From NCBI GenBank assembly GCA_964016885.1, contig OZ024740.1, positions 225,432,001-225,496,000 on the forward strand: a stretch of 64,000 nt of DNA, written 5' to 3'. Made by a program: the position numbers and the translations under genes. The notes beneath the pieces were generated by a model. That model saw nothing but the letters and a program-made list of their open reading frames with translations. It was not told the origin of the DNA and did no database searches. Below, one piece after another: positions 52,888 to 64,000 of the stretch. The stretch is from Eledone cirrhosa (taxonomy: Eukaryota). Positions within the stretch are counted from its first letter, which is position 1. The number at the start of each line of letters is the position of its first letter.

Positions 52888-53415
52888 TAATGGTTTCTGA
52901 TTTAGGCACAAGGCCAACAATTTTAGGGATGGGGAAGTTGTTGAAATTGAGCACAGTGCATTACTGGTACTTTATTTTATTGACCCCGTAAGGAGGAAAG
53001 AGTTGGATTTGAACTAAAAAATATAAAGGGTCGTAACTATATGCTGCAAAGCAAGTTGTCCTACACTCTAACGATACTACTTATTTACCACCATTATATG
53101 GGCTAAATAATGGTTTTTGATTTAGGCACAAGGCCAACAATTTTAGGGGAAAATTGATTAAATCGATCCTAGTGCATTAGTGGTGCTTTATTTTATTGAC
53201 CCCATAATGCTGAAAGGCAAAGCTAACCTTGGCAGAATTTGAACTCAGAGCGCAAAGGGCCATAATCTCTATGCCACAAAGTAACATCCTACTGATACTG
53301 CCAATCCACCACGATTTTATGGGCTAAATAATTGTTTCTACTTTTGGCACAAGGCCAGGAATTATCCCAGTGCATTACTGTTACTTTATTTTATCGACTC
53401 CGTTAACCTCTGCAG
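52888..53415 (-). mobile_element. Three tandem SINE family A copies
   Basis: GGCACAAGGCCA tail at ~52906, 53125, 53346; TATGGGCTAAATAAT repeated at the junctions. Confidence 0.75.
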
Positions 53416-54101
53416 TATTTAAATAATAACAACAATAACAATTGGATATATTTAGAAGTTACATTTTGTTAATTAGAGGTAATTTACTTGAGGATACGTT
53501 GACAGTTGTTGTTGTATTTTTCTATTTGATCTAGACACTACACTTCATTTAATTACTATAAGTTTGAATCAGTATTTTCCACAATCACTAATATCATCAT
53601 TCATCATCATCAGTTCTTTTATGTCTGCTTCTCCATGCCGGTATGCCAAACTTTACAAGTATATTAAGTAAGATTCTGATCTCTGCACATCTTACTGCAG
53701 AGTGGTGGGTCATTTACGAAGAATGTAAACAAATATATTGATGCACAATCAATGTCAAATGTAATGAAAATCAAGAAACTAAAACAAGCACGCACAAACA
53801 CACACACATACACATATATTCAAACACATGCACATGCACACACACAAACACACACCTCATTTACACAGATGAGAAAACAATATCTTCTCGCCTGTTTTCA
53901 AAGTCCAGCAGTTGCAAGAGCAGGAGAGATCGTACTGACAAGAACCAGTAGAGTTCAAAATGCTATCGATGATAGCCCCCTTACTTCTGCTGGACACTGC
54001 CAGGTGGCGTTAGCTGCTAGTTTTTTTTACATAGCTATGGTTTTCTAAATGTTTAATTATAAACATATCATACTTCTTTAGAAATACAAAATTCCAATAC
54101 A

Positions 54102-54413
<312 letters not shown>

Positions 54414-54926
54414 ATGTACATTAAATGTATTCATTTAATGTATATGGTGGCTGCCAACTCATTTTCGAGTACGGCCACTACTTTATATCCATGTAGGAGA
54501 ACCCCTACCGATGCGCTGAACGAGTGTGACTTTCTAGTCCAGCCAGCGACTTGAAAACTCTGGTACAGACACGATACTTGTGACAATTATTGACACATAG
54601 TGCTGGGCCCATGGTACCATGTGACGACAAGGGCAGAGAGATCTCCAGATATAAAGCAATGCCTGTGCCGTGAAGCTTTTATAGTGAGCAAAGGCACTGC
54701 ACAAAGCCAGTCCCACTCTCTTAACCAAGATGATATTTACCAAAAAGAAGAACAAGTCAACATCATTGGATACCATCAGGGTTGCAGGTGTTATATCAGA
54801 GTTTTCCTTCTCCTAGAATTCTGTCTTGACAAAGGCTAAGGTGTAATTTAATGTATATAAATACTCTAACAATTACCTACAACATGACTACAGTTGATCA
54901 CAGAAAAACTATGAAAAGCAATTCAT

Positions 54927-54967
<41 letters not shown>

Positions 54968-55879
54968 TTTTACGTCTGCTTTTCCCTGCTTGCAAGGGTG
55001 GGACGGGAACTGATTGCCCACGGTGGTACACAGTAGCATATAGCTTAGGACCACATAGTTTTAAAGCAAACTTCTTAAACATACTGCTGTACATAGATAT
55101 CTAAACAAATCTGTTGCTTTGAATGTGCTTAGTTGCTTCCTTTCTAATAATGTCTGAATCATTGAAAAGACCTGATTCTTGTTTTTATCAACATATACCA
55201 TATGTATTACAGGTTGCAATGTTTGAACCTGTTACCTACAGATAACTACTTTAAGGTATTACCCAGACAGCCACTGTGTAATATCTTTTATATGTTTTTT
55301 AAACTATCATATGTGTTATCCTATTCTAACACATATTTGATGATTTTTTTAAATCTTGTCATTAACATTGATGAAAGGCAGCTAGCCATAAAACCTACAG
55401 CAGAAACCAATTTTCAGATACATTAGGCTGCATAATATGACTCACATATTTTAGGGTTAGATGTATGCTGCACATAGCTGAAATGGTGTATAGTTTTGCA
55501 CTCAACCATCCTTAAGCAATCTTACCAGCCACCTTTTCAATGAAATTGATGTAAGAAAGTAAGTGAAAAGGAAGTAAACATTAAATGCCCAAGGTTAACT
55601 ACCTAATGCCAAATAATAACAATATTCTTCTTTTTTAGATTGAAAAATATTCGTAGCTTTTTCATTATAATACATCTTTTGATGGTTTAAACTTCATTCA
55701 TGTTGAAATGTAGATATTATGAAAAATCTTAAGCATAACACATGTGGTAACTTTCTTAATTTGATTATTAATAACAAATAAATATAATCAGACACTCTCA
55801 GAATATAAAAAAGGGAACAAGGAGCATAATCTTCCAGTGGAAGCAAATAGTCTAAAAGTCTAAAGTCTGTCTCAAGCAA

Positions 55880-56140
55880 GGAGGATCATCAGGCCAGTGC
55901 TAATCCCAGTTTCTGAGACATGAAAAGATTGAGAGTACAAGACTCCCCCATGGACAGGATGCCAATCTATTGCAGAGTTTAACCCCCAGCTATTTCTGGT
56001 ACTCCAGCTCAGTTGAGTATACTGAAGCAATGTGGAATGAAGTCTTTTGCTCAAGAACACAATATACATCCCAACCCAGTAATCAAACCCATGACATTAC
56101 GATTGTCAGTCCTACACCCTTACCACTATGCCATGCACTT
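55880..56140 (-). mobile_element. SINE family C, diverged
   Basis: Colinear similarity to 4467-4730. Confidence 0.7.
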
Positions 56141-58506
56141 CCAAACAGCAGTACGGGAATATTTGCATTGCAGTCTGTGTTGTAGGAATGAGGTAAACAG
56201 ACTGAAATATGTTATTATACAGCTGGATATTCTTCTCATATCACCTGGTATAGCACTATTACCTGGCCCCTTGGTGTCTTTAGCAAAGTTCACTTAGTTT
56301 CAAGCCTTCAGGCATAATCCCTAATTTGACAATACTTCCTACCAGTCTCAGAGGTTCTGAAAAGGGTTATGGCCACTATTCTCCCCCACCCCACCTCCAT
56401 AAATAAAACATTAAAAAATAAACTCACTGTAAATTAGACGAAATATGTTACATTGACTGGAGCAAGTGTTTGTTTAACTTCATGTCAACCCTGGTTCAGG
56501 AGAGCTTATGAAACCCCTTTAAAGACAGTAGGGTTTAAGAGAAATTTAGTTGCTTTTTTTGCTAGTTCCCTTGATTGAAACAAGTTAGTAATGCATTTTT
56601 CTCTGTAGAACTGTTCAATATTAAAGTAAGCTACATTAGCCCATGAGGGAACATCTACCAAACCACTGAAACTGCAAGAAAAATCGTTGAAATCTCCCCC
56701 CCCCCCTCTCTCTCTCTCTGGACTGCCTTTTATCATAGATCTATTTGATAATAGCTAACCTAGGTTTAAACAACAGAGGTTTGAAGACATAATTACAAGA
56801 AGAAAATTCATAAACATTTTCAGTTTGCACCTCATCCATTATATTTTAGCCTTCTAGATATCTTCATTTAATATATTGTGTCATTTATTGTGTCTCATGC
56901 ATGATATTCCTGACAGGTTTTTAATTATATAATGTATTATGTTTCGTTTACATGTTATCATATCATGAAACAATAAAGTAAAATCACCTTCAAATCAGAC
57001 CCTACTTTCTTAAAAAAAGGAAGGAGACTTTGGACAAAATAGTTCTATATATTGAAATTATAATGTATGAGTTGCACATCTCTTATCTTCAATCATGATA
57101 TTATAACACCTCCATGCAGAATTCCAAAGGAAAACTTATATTACACTTGCTTAGCTCAGAAAAGAATTCAAGCTACAAATTAAATTATATGACATATTTA
57201 TCAATTATCCAAAGAATACATTTAGAGTTATTTGGATAATGTTGTTAAAATATAGGACTATTCAAATAGACCTTGACAATATGTGTTCAATTAACAGATC
57301 AGCCTGCTCATGAAATTCATTTGTAAGTTGCAGAGCATTCTATAGACATGCATATCCTTAACGTGATTCTCAGGGAGATTCAGCACGACTTAGTGTGGTC
57401 CTTTGACTTACAGGTATAGTGTATTCAATGGGCTTCCAAATACTTTCTATCAGCTTAATTTTATTCACAAGGCATGGGTCCACCCAAGGCTATGGTAAAT
57501 GACATTTGCTCAAGGTAGCCCAGCAGTAGGATTGAAGCCAGGATCTAATGATTACAAAGCAAACTTCTTCAACATTCAGTTTTGCTGTATCCATTAATAT
57601 AAACATGAATTAATAAGGACATTTATTAAGGACATCAACCACCAACAATGACTTTGAACATGAAAGTTAACCATTGACATTGTTTGATCAAATATAATGA
57701 AATGAAAGAGGAGTATATTTGGAATATTTATATAACAGGTGATGGCAACTTGAAAAGAAATATTAGAATACAAGAGTAGATATTGTACAATATTTAGTTT
57801 CATATCTCTTCACCATGAGTTTGAATCTCACTGGGGTTGATAAAGTAAATATCACACACCTTCCTTATCAAAATTGGCTTAGTGCCTTGTTAAAGAATTC
57901 AGTATGAAGATAATCAGATAGAATAAATAATGATAAAAAAATTATATAAATTGTTCACAATGTTATGTTGAAGCCAATTCATTTTTTTCTTTTTTAGATT
58001 AATAATCTCTCATCTGAAGATGAAAAAAAAAACCGCTATACTTAAATAATTATGTCTAGTTTTCTGCCAACAGATTATATATGATTTTAGTTGTCTTGGC
58101 CAACCAAGATAATTATGAATAATTCCCTCTCTTTAAGTCCCTTGTTAATTAGATCAATTATGTTTGGAATAAATGAAGCATTCTTTTCAGCCATCCAGGT
58201 CACTTATAATGTCATAAAATATGATTTTATTTTTAATGAAATCTTAAAATAATTTATTTTTCTTCAATATATTTTTTCATATATAATTATCATGTTAGAG
58301 TTAAATGATTCTGCAAACTAAAACTTTTTATAAATGGTTATAATTGTTATTGTAATAATTTTTCTCAGTTTTATTTGAATAGCTGTGTTCCATTTATTAG
58401 GCTGATTAATACTTGTGATAGTATAAATGCTAACCAGCAAAATATGGTTTAGACTAAATCAGTAAAATTTACAGATTGCAGTACATACAGAGTACAGTTT
58501 ATAATG

Positions 58507-58857
58507 TAGAGTGGAACCTAGGTTCACGAACACCTCTCATCACAAACAAATTGATTCACAAACAATTTTTCCGAACATGAAATATCTCAGTTCACAAACG
58601 GTGTCTCGAGAAACAAACACGCAAGCTGGCAATAATGGTTGGCAACAAGTTTGGAGTATTGGTGGGAAAGTGTCCCTTGCTGTGTAGTTAGTTACTATGG
58701 TGTTAGTTACTATGGTCTGTCTCTCAGACACGGTCTCATTCTCAATGTATTCTTTCTCAACTGTTCGTATGGGAAAAATAGTTTTGGCTTACAAAACTTT
58801 CAGGTGACAAACGGCCTTCAGGAATTAATTAAGTTCGGGAACCGAGGTTCCACTGTA
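58507..58857. mobile_element. Tc1/mariner (pogo/Tigger-type) MITE
   Basis: TA-gAGTGGAACCTaGGTTCaCGAAC ... GTTCGGGAACCGAGGTTCCACTG-TA terminal inverted repeats. Confidence 0.8.
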
Positions 58858-59224
58858 TATGGAAATAACGCAATCATGTGAGTTGGCTCTTACAAAAGAA
58901 AAACGTAATAAATGCTTTACAGATTTCAGCTTTGTCCATCAGTTTTGTTTTTAGTTCAAGGTTATTTTCACCTTACCACAGAGCATTCTATTTAATATCT
59001 TGACAACTCGGCTAAATTGCCACCTATAAAAATGCAATAACTAATCTCAGATATGCATGCATGAGGGAGTTGTAAAAATGCTGTATTGACATATGCCATT
59101 TCTTGGGCATTTTAAAACCTGGTGGAGCTCATCCCTCTCCAGGTCAAAATACAGGAGATTTCTTCCAGAGACGGATAGAGAGAGGGAAAGAATGGAAATG
59201 AGAAAGAGATATAGAGGAAGAAGT

Positions 59225-59677
59225 TACTCCAGTACTAGACTGGTACTTTTTATATCGACCTTGAAAGAATGAAAGGCAAAGCTGACTTCAGCTGGATTTA
59301 ACTCAGAGGGCAGAGAGCTGAAATGAATACTGAAAGTATTCTATCCGTCATTCTAATGACTCTGCCAATTTGCCACCGATATCTGATATATCACCATTTT
59401 TACGTCCGCTTTTCCCTGCTTGCAAGGGTGGGACGGGAACTGGTTCTGGCTTGATTTCTACAGCTGGATGCCCTTCCTAACACCAACCTAATTTACAGTG
59501 AGTGCTGGGTGCTTTTTTTGCCGTGGCACCTCCACGACCGCTTTTGCAGTGGAATGAATAAACTAGAGCAATGTGAAATAAAGTGTCTTGCTCAAGGAAA
59601 CAACACATCACCCGTTCTGAGAATTGAACTCACAATCTTTCGATTGCAAGGCCAATGCTCTAACCACTAAGCCATGG
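59225..59677 (-). mobile_element. Diverged SINE A (59225-59378) next to SINE B (59390-59677)
   Basis: Similarity to other in-window copies; A/B boxes present. Confidence 0.8.
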
Positions 59678-61769
59678 AAATATTTATTTAGTTTATCTGA
59701 AAATCTTTGATAGTCTGCAACAATATTATTTCTAAATTGATTTCAGTGGCTTTTTCACTTTAGCAAACCTTGTGTAAATTTTCTCCATTTATCCAAACTC
59801 CCAACTACCACAAATCTGTTTTTTTAACATATTTTATTGTGACTGAAAATGAGTAAAAGTAGGAATCAATCTAAAATATGCTTGACTTTATGAAATACAA
59901 GTGTCAATTATTTATTTTAGTGTATCTCTCAGATAAAGATTTTTAAAATATTTTTTCACGTTTATATCGTTAGTATAACTGAAGCAAAAGCCACTGATCT
60001 TATGGCAGTGATTGCTCTATAGATTATAAAACTATCCCTTTAACAATTAAGCTACAGTGAATCCTATAACATTAATTTAGAGTTAAGCTCCATTGAAGCT
60101 ATACTTTAACAACATTCCTTTTACTAAGATACTGATTTTCTCTATGAGTCTGATCACGTAACTACTGTTAATCCCATTCAAATTAGACACTGATCTCTCT
60201 TGGAGAACATTCAAGATTCTGGAATGTACTAAGCTGAGCCGAGTTGTCTCAGAATGGTTGCTTGGAGATTTGAATAAATTATTACCTATTTTCTTCAGTT
60301 TTCTTAATTGCCATCTAAAAGAACAAAATCCAGGCATGTTTGTCATTACTAAATGAACCGAACTTTAAACTGAATACTGCATGCTAAATCAACTTTGGTT
60401 GTAAATGAAAATACTATTTTATTTAGTTTTAAGGTCATGGTTAACATGGCTCACTCACATTAGTTTAAAGATGCTAACAAAAAACAGTCATGTTTATATT
60501 ATATACTCTTTCTTCTATCTTGTATATATATATATATATATAACTGGGAATCAAAGGATGCTGTGTTTAATAAATAACAAAATTAGATCATAAAAATATC
60601 TTAGTCTACTGTTCAATCTGAAAGAAAGTATCAAATATACTTGTGTATACCTTGCACTAATAGGTATGAGCATAAGCTGACTATAAAGGAGCGATGCTAC
60701 AGCTGTGAAATCCTATTAATAACTGTATTGTTTCTGTACCAATAAACCTCATTAGGTCATTCTATGAGAGTATCTTGGTCAGCCTATCAACTTTTCAACC
60801 AACCCTCTTAAGTCACGTCCACCTTTTTCATATATTTACAATGTAACCTATATTTTAAATTGAGGTTTTATAGGTCCTGTAGATAAATTGCATGCTGGTT
60901 TTTAATATTGTATTAATACAGGACTTAATGTTAATGTTTTATATATAAATTTGCATCATTTAATCAGTATAACAAGTATAGAATAATATCAAACAACAGG
61001 TGATATATGTCTGTGACTCACTTTTAATTCCTAGTCATAACATTTTTTTCACTCACATCATTAATAACTTTTAGCAAAACATACTTGTCATGCAATTTTA
61101 TTTCATTTTCCCTTGAGTACTGAGATTTTGTGCTGCTGCAATAAATCATCGCTCTGATTATTATTAGACATTCAAAAATGATAGTTTTCTCTTTATATAA
61201 GTTGTAAGGAATTTTGGCCTTGTGGAGATGTAGGTTTTGTTGGTGGTAGTGATGGTGATATTGAGTTGAATGGAATAATATTCTTGTTCGTTTGAGATAT
61301 TATCAATAGAAATTTTGTTTGTTTAGAGTTTAGATTTTTCAAAAGTCTTTTAATCCATTTGCAACGAAGAATTATTGAGAACTTTTGATTTTAAAGTTCC
61401 AACTATACGACAGCAGGAAGTACCACCTAGTTCCTGGGGAAAATGGCAGGTCATTGCCACTACAAAGTAACAGTATTTCCTGGCTACTGTATCTATGGTG
61501 ATAAGGGTTTGAAATATCTGAGAAAGTGGAGGGGTCATGCTATTTTACTAGTCAGAATGGAAATCAATAATATTCTATCAGAAAAAGAAGTGGGGATAAA
61601 AAATCAATAGTGTTCTATTAGTCTAAATGAAAAATCTGCAGATATTTCATTTTCTCCCCACCCTACTTTTTCTCAGACTCTCTTTTTCTACCTGTGTGTC
61701 TTCCTTACTGTTACTCACTCTTTCCATTCACACTCTTTCCTTCCACTCTCTCTCCCTCTCCTCCCTCCC

Positions 61770-61870
61770 TCTCTCTCTCTATATATATACATATATATGT
61801 GTGTGTGTGTGTGTTGTATATTTATATATATATATATGTGTGTGTGTGTTTGTGTATATATATGTATATA

Positions 61871-61920
<50 letters not shown>

Positions 61921-61984
61921 TATAAGTGTGTGTGTATATATATATATATTTATGTATATATATACATATATGTATGCATGCATG

Positions 61985-62047
<63 letters not shown>

Positions 62048-62648
62048 CCCTCTCTATCTATCTTCCACTATCTCTCAAACCCTATTAACTTTCTCCATCT
62101 TTTTCAATGTACTTCGTCATCTGCCCTAAAATATCCTTTATTTTTCTTTCAATTTACCCTATACTCTTACACTCATCCTTATCCTCACTTAGCTCTTCTT
62201 TTCTCTTTATCTTCCACAACTTAAAGTCTTTTAAGTTATTTTCTCCTTCTCTATTTCTTTTTTCTTCTCCAGGCCTTCCTTTTTCTCCCCATTGTTCCTA
62301 ATTTATCGATGTATACTTTTCCTTCCATTTGCTTACCTACCTGTCCATCTATTTACATAAGATGTTCATCCATCAATATAGTTATGTATATCTACCTGTC
62401 TTCCTTTTCTCCCTTCCATTTTCATACTCATTCTTTTCCTGTGTGTGCTTAGATGTGTGCCTCTATATCTCTCTGTATGTGTACATATGTATACATTTAT
62501 ATACATACATATATATAATACATATATATATACATGTATAACAATATCGGTTTCAACACACGATTTCAGATAAAGAATCTTGCTAAACAAATTCAGAAAC
62601 GAAATATATATATATATGTATATATATATATATGTATATATATATATG

Positions 62649-62724
<76 letters not shown>

Positions 62725-62725
62725 A
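61770..62725. repeat. (TA)n/(TG)n microsatellites with a pyrimidine-rich spacer
   Basis: Direct reading. Confidence 0.9.
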
Positions 62726-63061
62726 TATTAATGTAGAAGTCGAACATTTCCCCATGGAACTATGATTTGAAAAACCACCACATGACTTATCAATTGAACC
62801 TACAAAATACTAATTTGAAATATGATACATTGTAAATGCTTCATGTAAAATGGAAGTGAAAATTATGCATGTAAATGCATGATATGCCTACGTACATACA
62901 TATATATAAAACTGTCCAGCGCCATGCTAGTGTGGAAGATGGACGTTAAATGATGATGATGATGATGATGATAATATATGTATAAAGGAAGTATGTTTGG
63001 AACATGGTGTGCAAGGTTTAGAATTGTAATAGAAATAGAAGCTTTGCCGTAATATTTTTAC

Positions 63062-63650
63062 TATCATCATCACCGTTTTACGTCCATTCTTCCACGCTAG
63101 CATGGGTTAGATGGGGTGTCTTGTTGTGGGCAGTAGCTGGTCGGCTGACCTTGTCTTGCTCATACGGGAACTGATTCTGGCTTGATTTCTACAGCTGGAT
63201 GCCCTTCCTAACACCAACCTCATTTACAGTGAGTGCTGGGTGCTTTTTCTCGTGGCGCCTACACGTCCACTTTACAGTGTGGGTTGGGTTCTTTTTTGTC
63301 ATGGCACCTCCACGACCACTTTGCAGTGGGAGGGGGTGGGAGCATATTGTCTATATGCTTCAGCTTCAGCTTGTACCCGTGGGGGTTTGGGTCTTCTGTA
63401 TTACTGCGTGACGCCAAATGTCACGGTCGTGTGTCATCGCCTTTGAGATGTGTAATTGGTTAAGGTCGGCTTTTATCACCTCATCCCAGGTCATCTTGGG
63501 TCTCCCCACTCCGCGGTTTCCATTGACTTCTAGTGCTCTGCACCTTTTTATGCAGCTGTCATCCTTCATACGCATCACATGTCCATACCAACGCAATCTC
63601 CTCTCCTGCACACAGCATTTGATTCCTCTTATGCTCAGTCTCTCTCTCTC
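63062..63650 (-). mobile_element. RTE-clade LINE 3' end (ORF C-terminus plus 3' UTR)
   Basis: ERRLRWYGHVMRM..GNRGVGRPKMTW..DRDIWR; 3' UTR ends in GATGATGAT. Confidence 0.85.
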
Positions 63651-63879
63651 AATTCGTTTATTGATTGCTGTTCGCGTATATTACTATTACACATCCATCG
63701 GAGTATGCAGGCTTCATTTCTTTTTTACTATAATATAGTCTAATAATTATATGCCCCATATTACAGTCAAAAACATTATGGCAAAGCTTCTATTTCTATT
63801 TCAATTATATATATATATATATATCTGCGTGTGTTTGTGTGTATGTGCCTGTATCTGGAAGAGAGAAAGAGAGGGACAG

Positions 63880-63921
<42 letters not shown>

Positions 63922-64000
63922 GGAGAGATCATACATTTTCATTAGAATAAATAGCTACATTTTTTAATAAATGAACTCAATGTCAGTTTATTATGAATTA

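Noticed and set aside
54430-54845. Higher-GC segment that might be a decayed transposase or LINE 5' end
   Set aside because: Only vague motif resemblance; needs a profile search
60083-60346. 87-aa minus ORF preceded by a pyrimidine tract and AG (possible exon)
   Set aside because: No recognisable domain or partner exons; cannot be supported without RNA-seq

Overview
This is AT-rich, microsatellite-dense eukaryotic DNA made almost entirely of repeats. The repeat types suggest a mollusc, probably a cephalopod such as Octopus (inference only). I found no supportable host protein-coding exon; most short ORFs in the track are microsatellite artefacts. The window contains: a Tx1/L1-clade LINE (5.6-11 kb); a head-to-tail stack of four R4/Dong-like RLE LINEs separated by (TAA)n (11-19 kb); a full-length CR1-group LINE with a PHD-like ORF1 and a target-site duplication (TSD) (36.8-41.9 kb); three Penelope-like element (PLE) remnants; RTE tails; three tRNA-derived SINE families; piggyBac- and Tc1/pogo-type MITEs; and a 3.3 kb composite satellite. 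The most interesting signal is non-coding: about 11 type I hammerhead ribozyme motifs from about seven unrelated repeat families, found by manual folding. They sit in tandem or inverted 320-430 bp units anchored on (TA)n, resembling retrozymes or PLE pseudo-LTRs. Three families share a compensatory U3-A8 core (UUGAAAA). There is also a candidate nested pseudoknot in the R4 element leader. All coordinates and folds were read by eye and may be off by a few bases.
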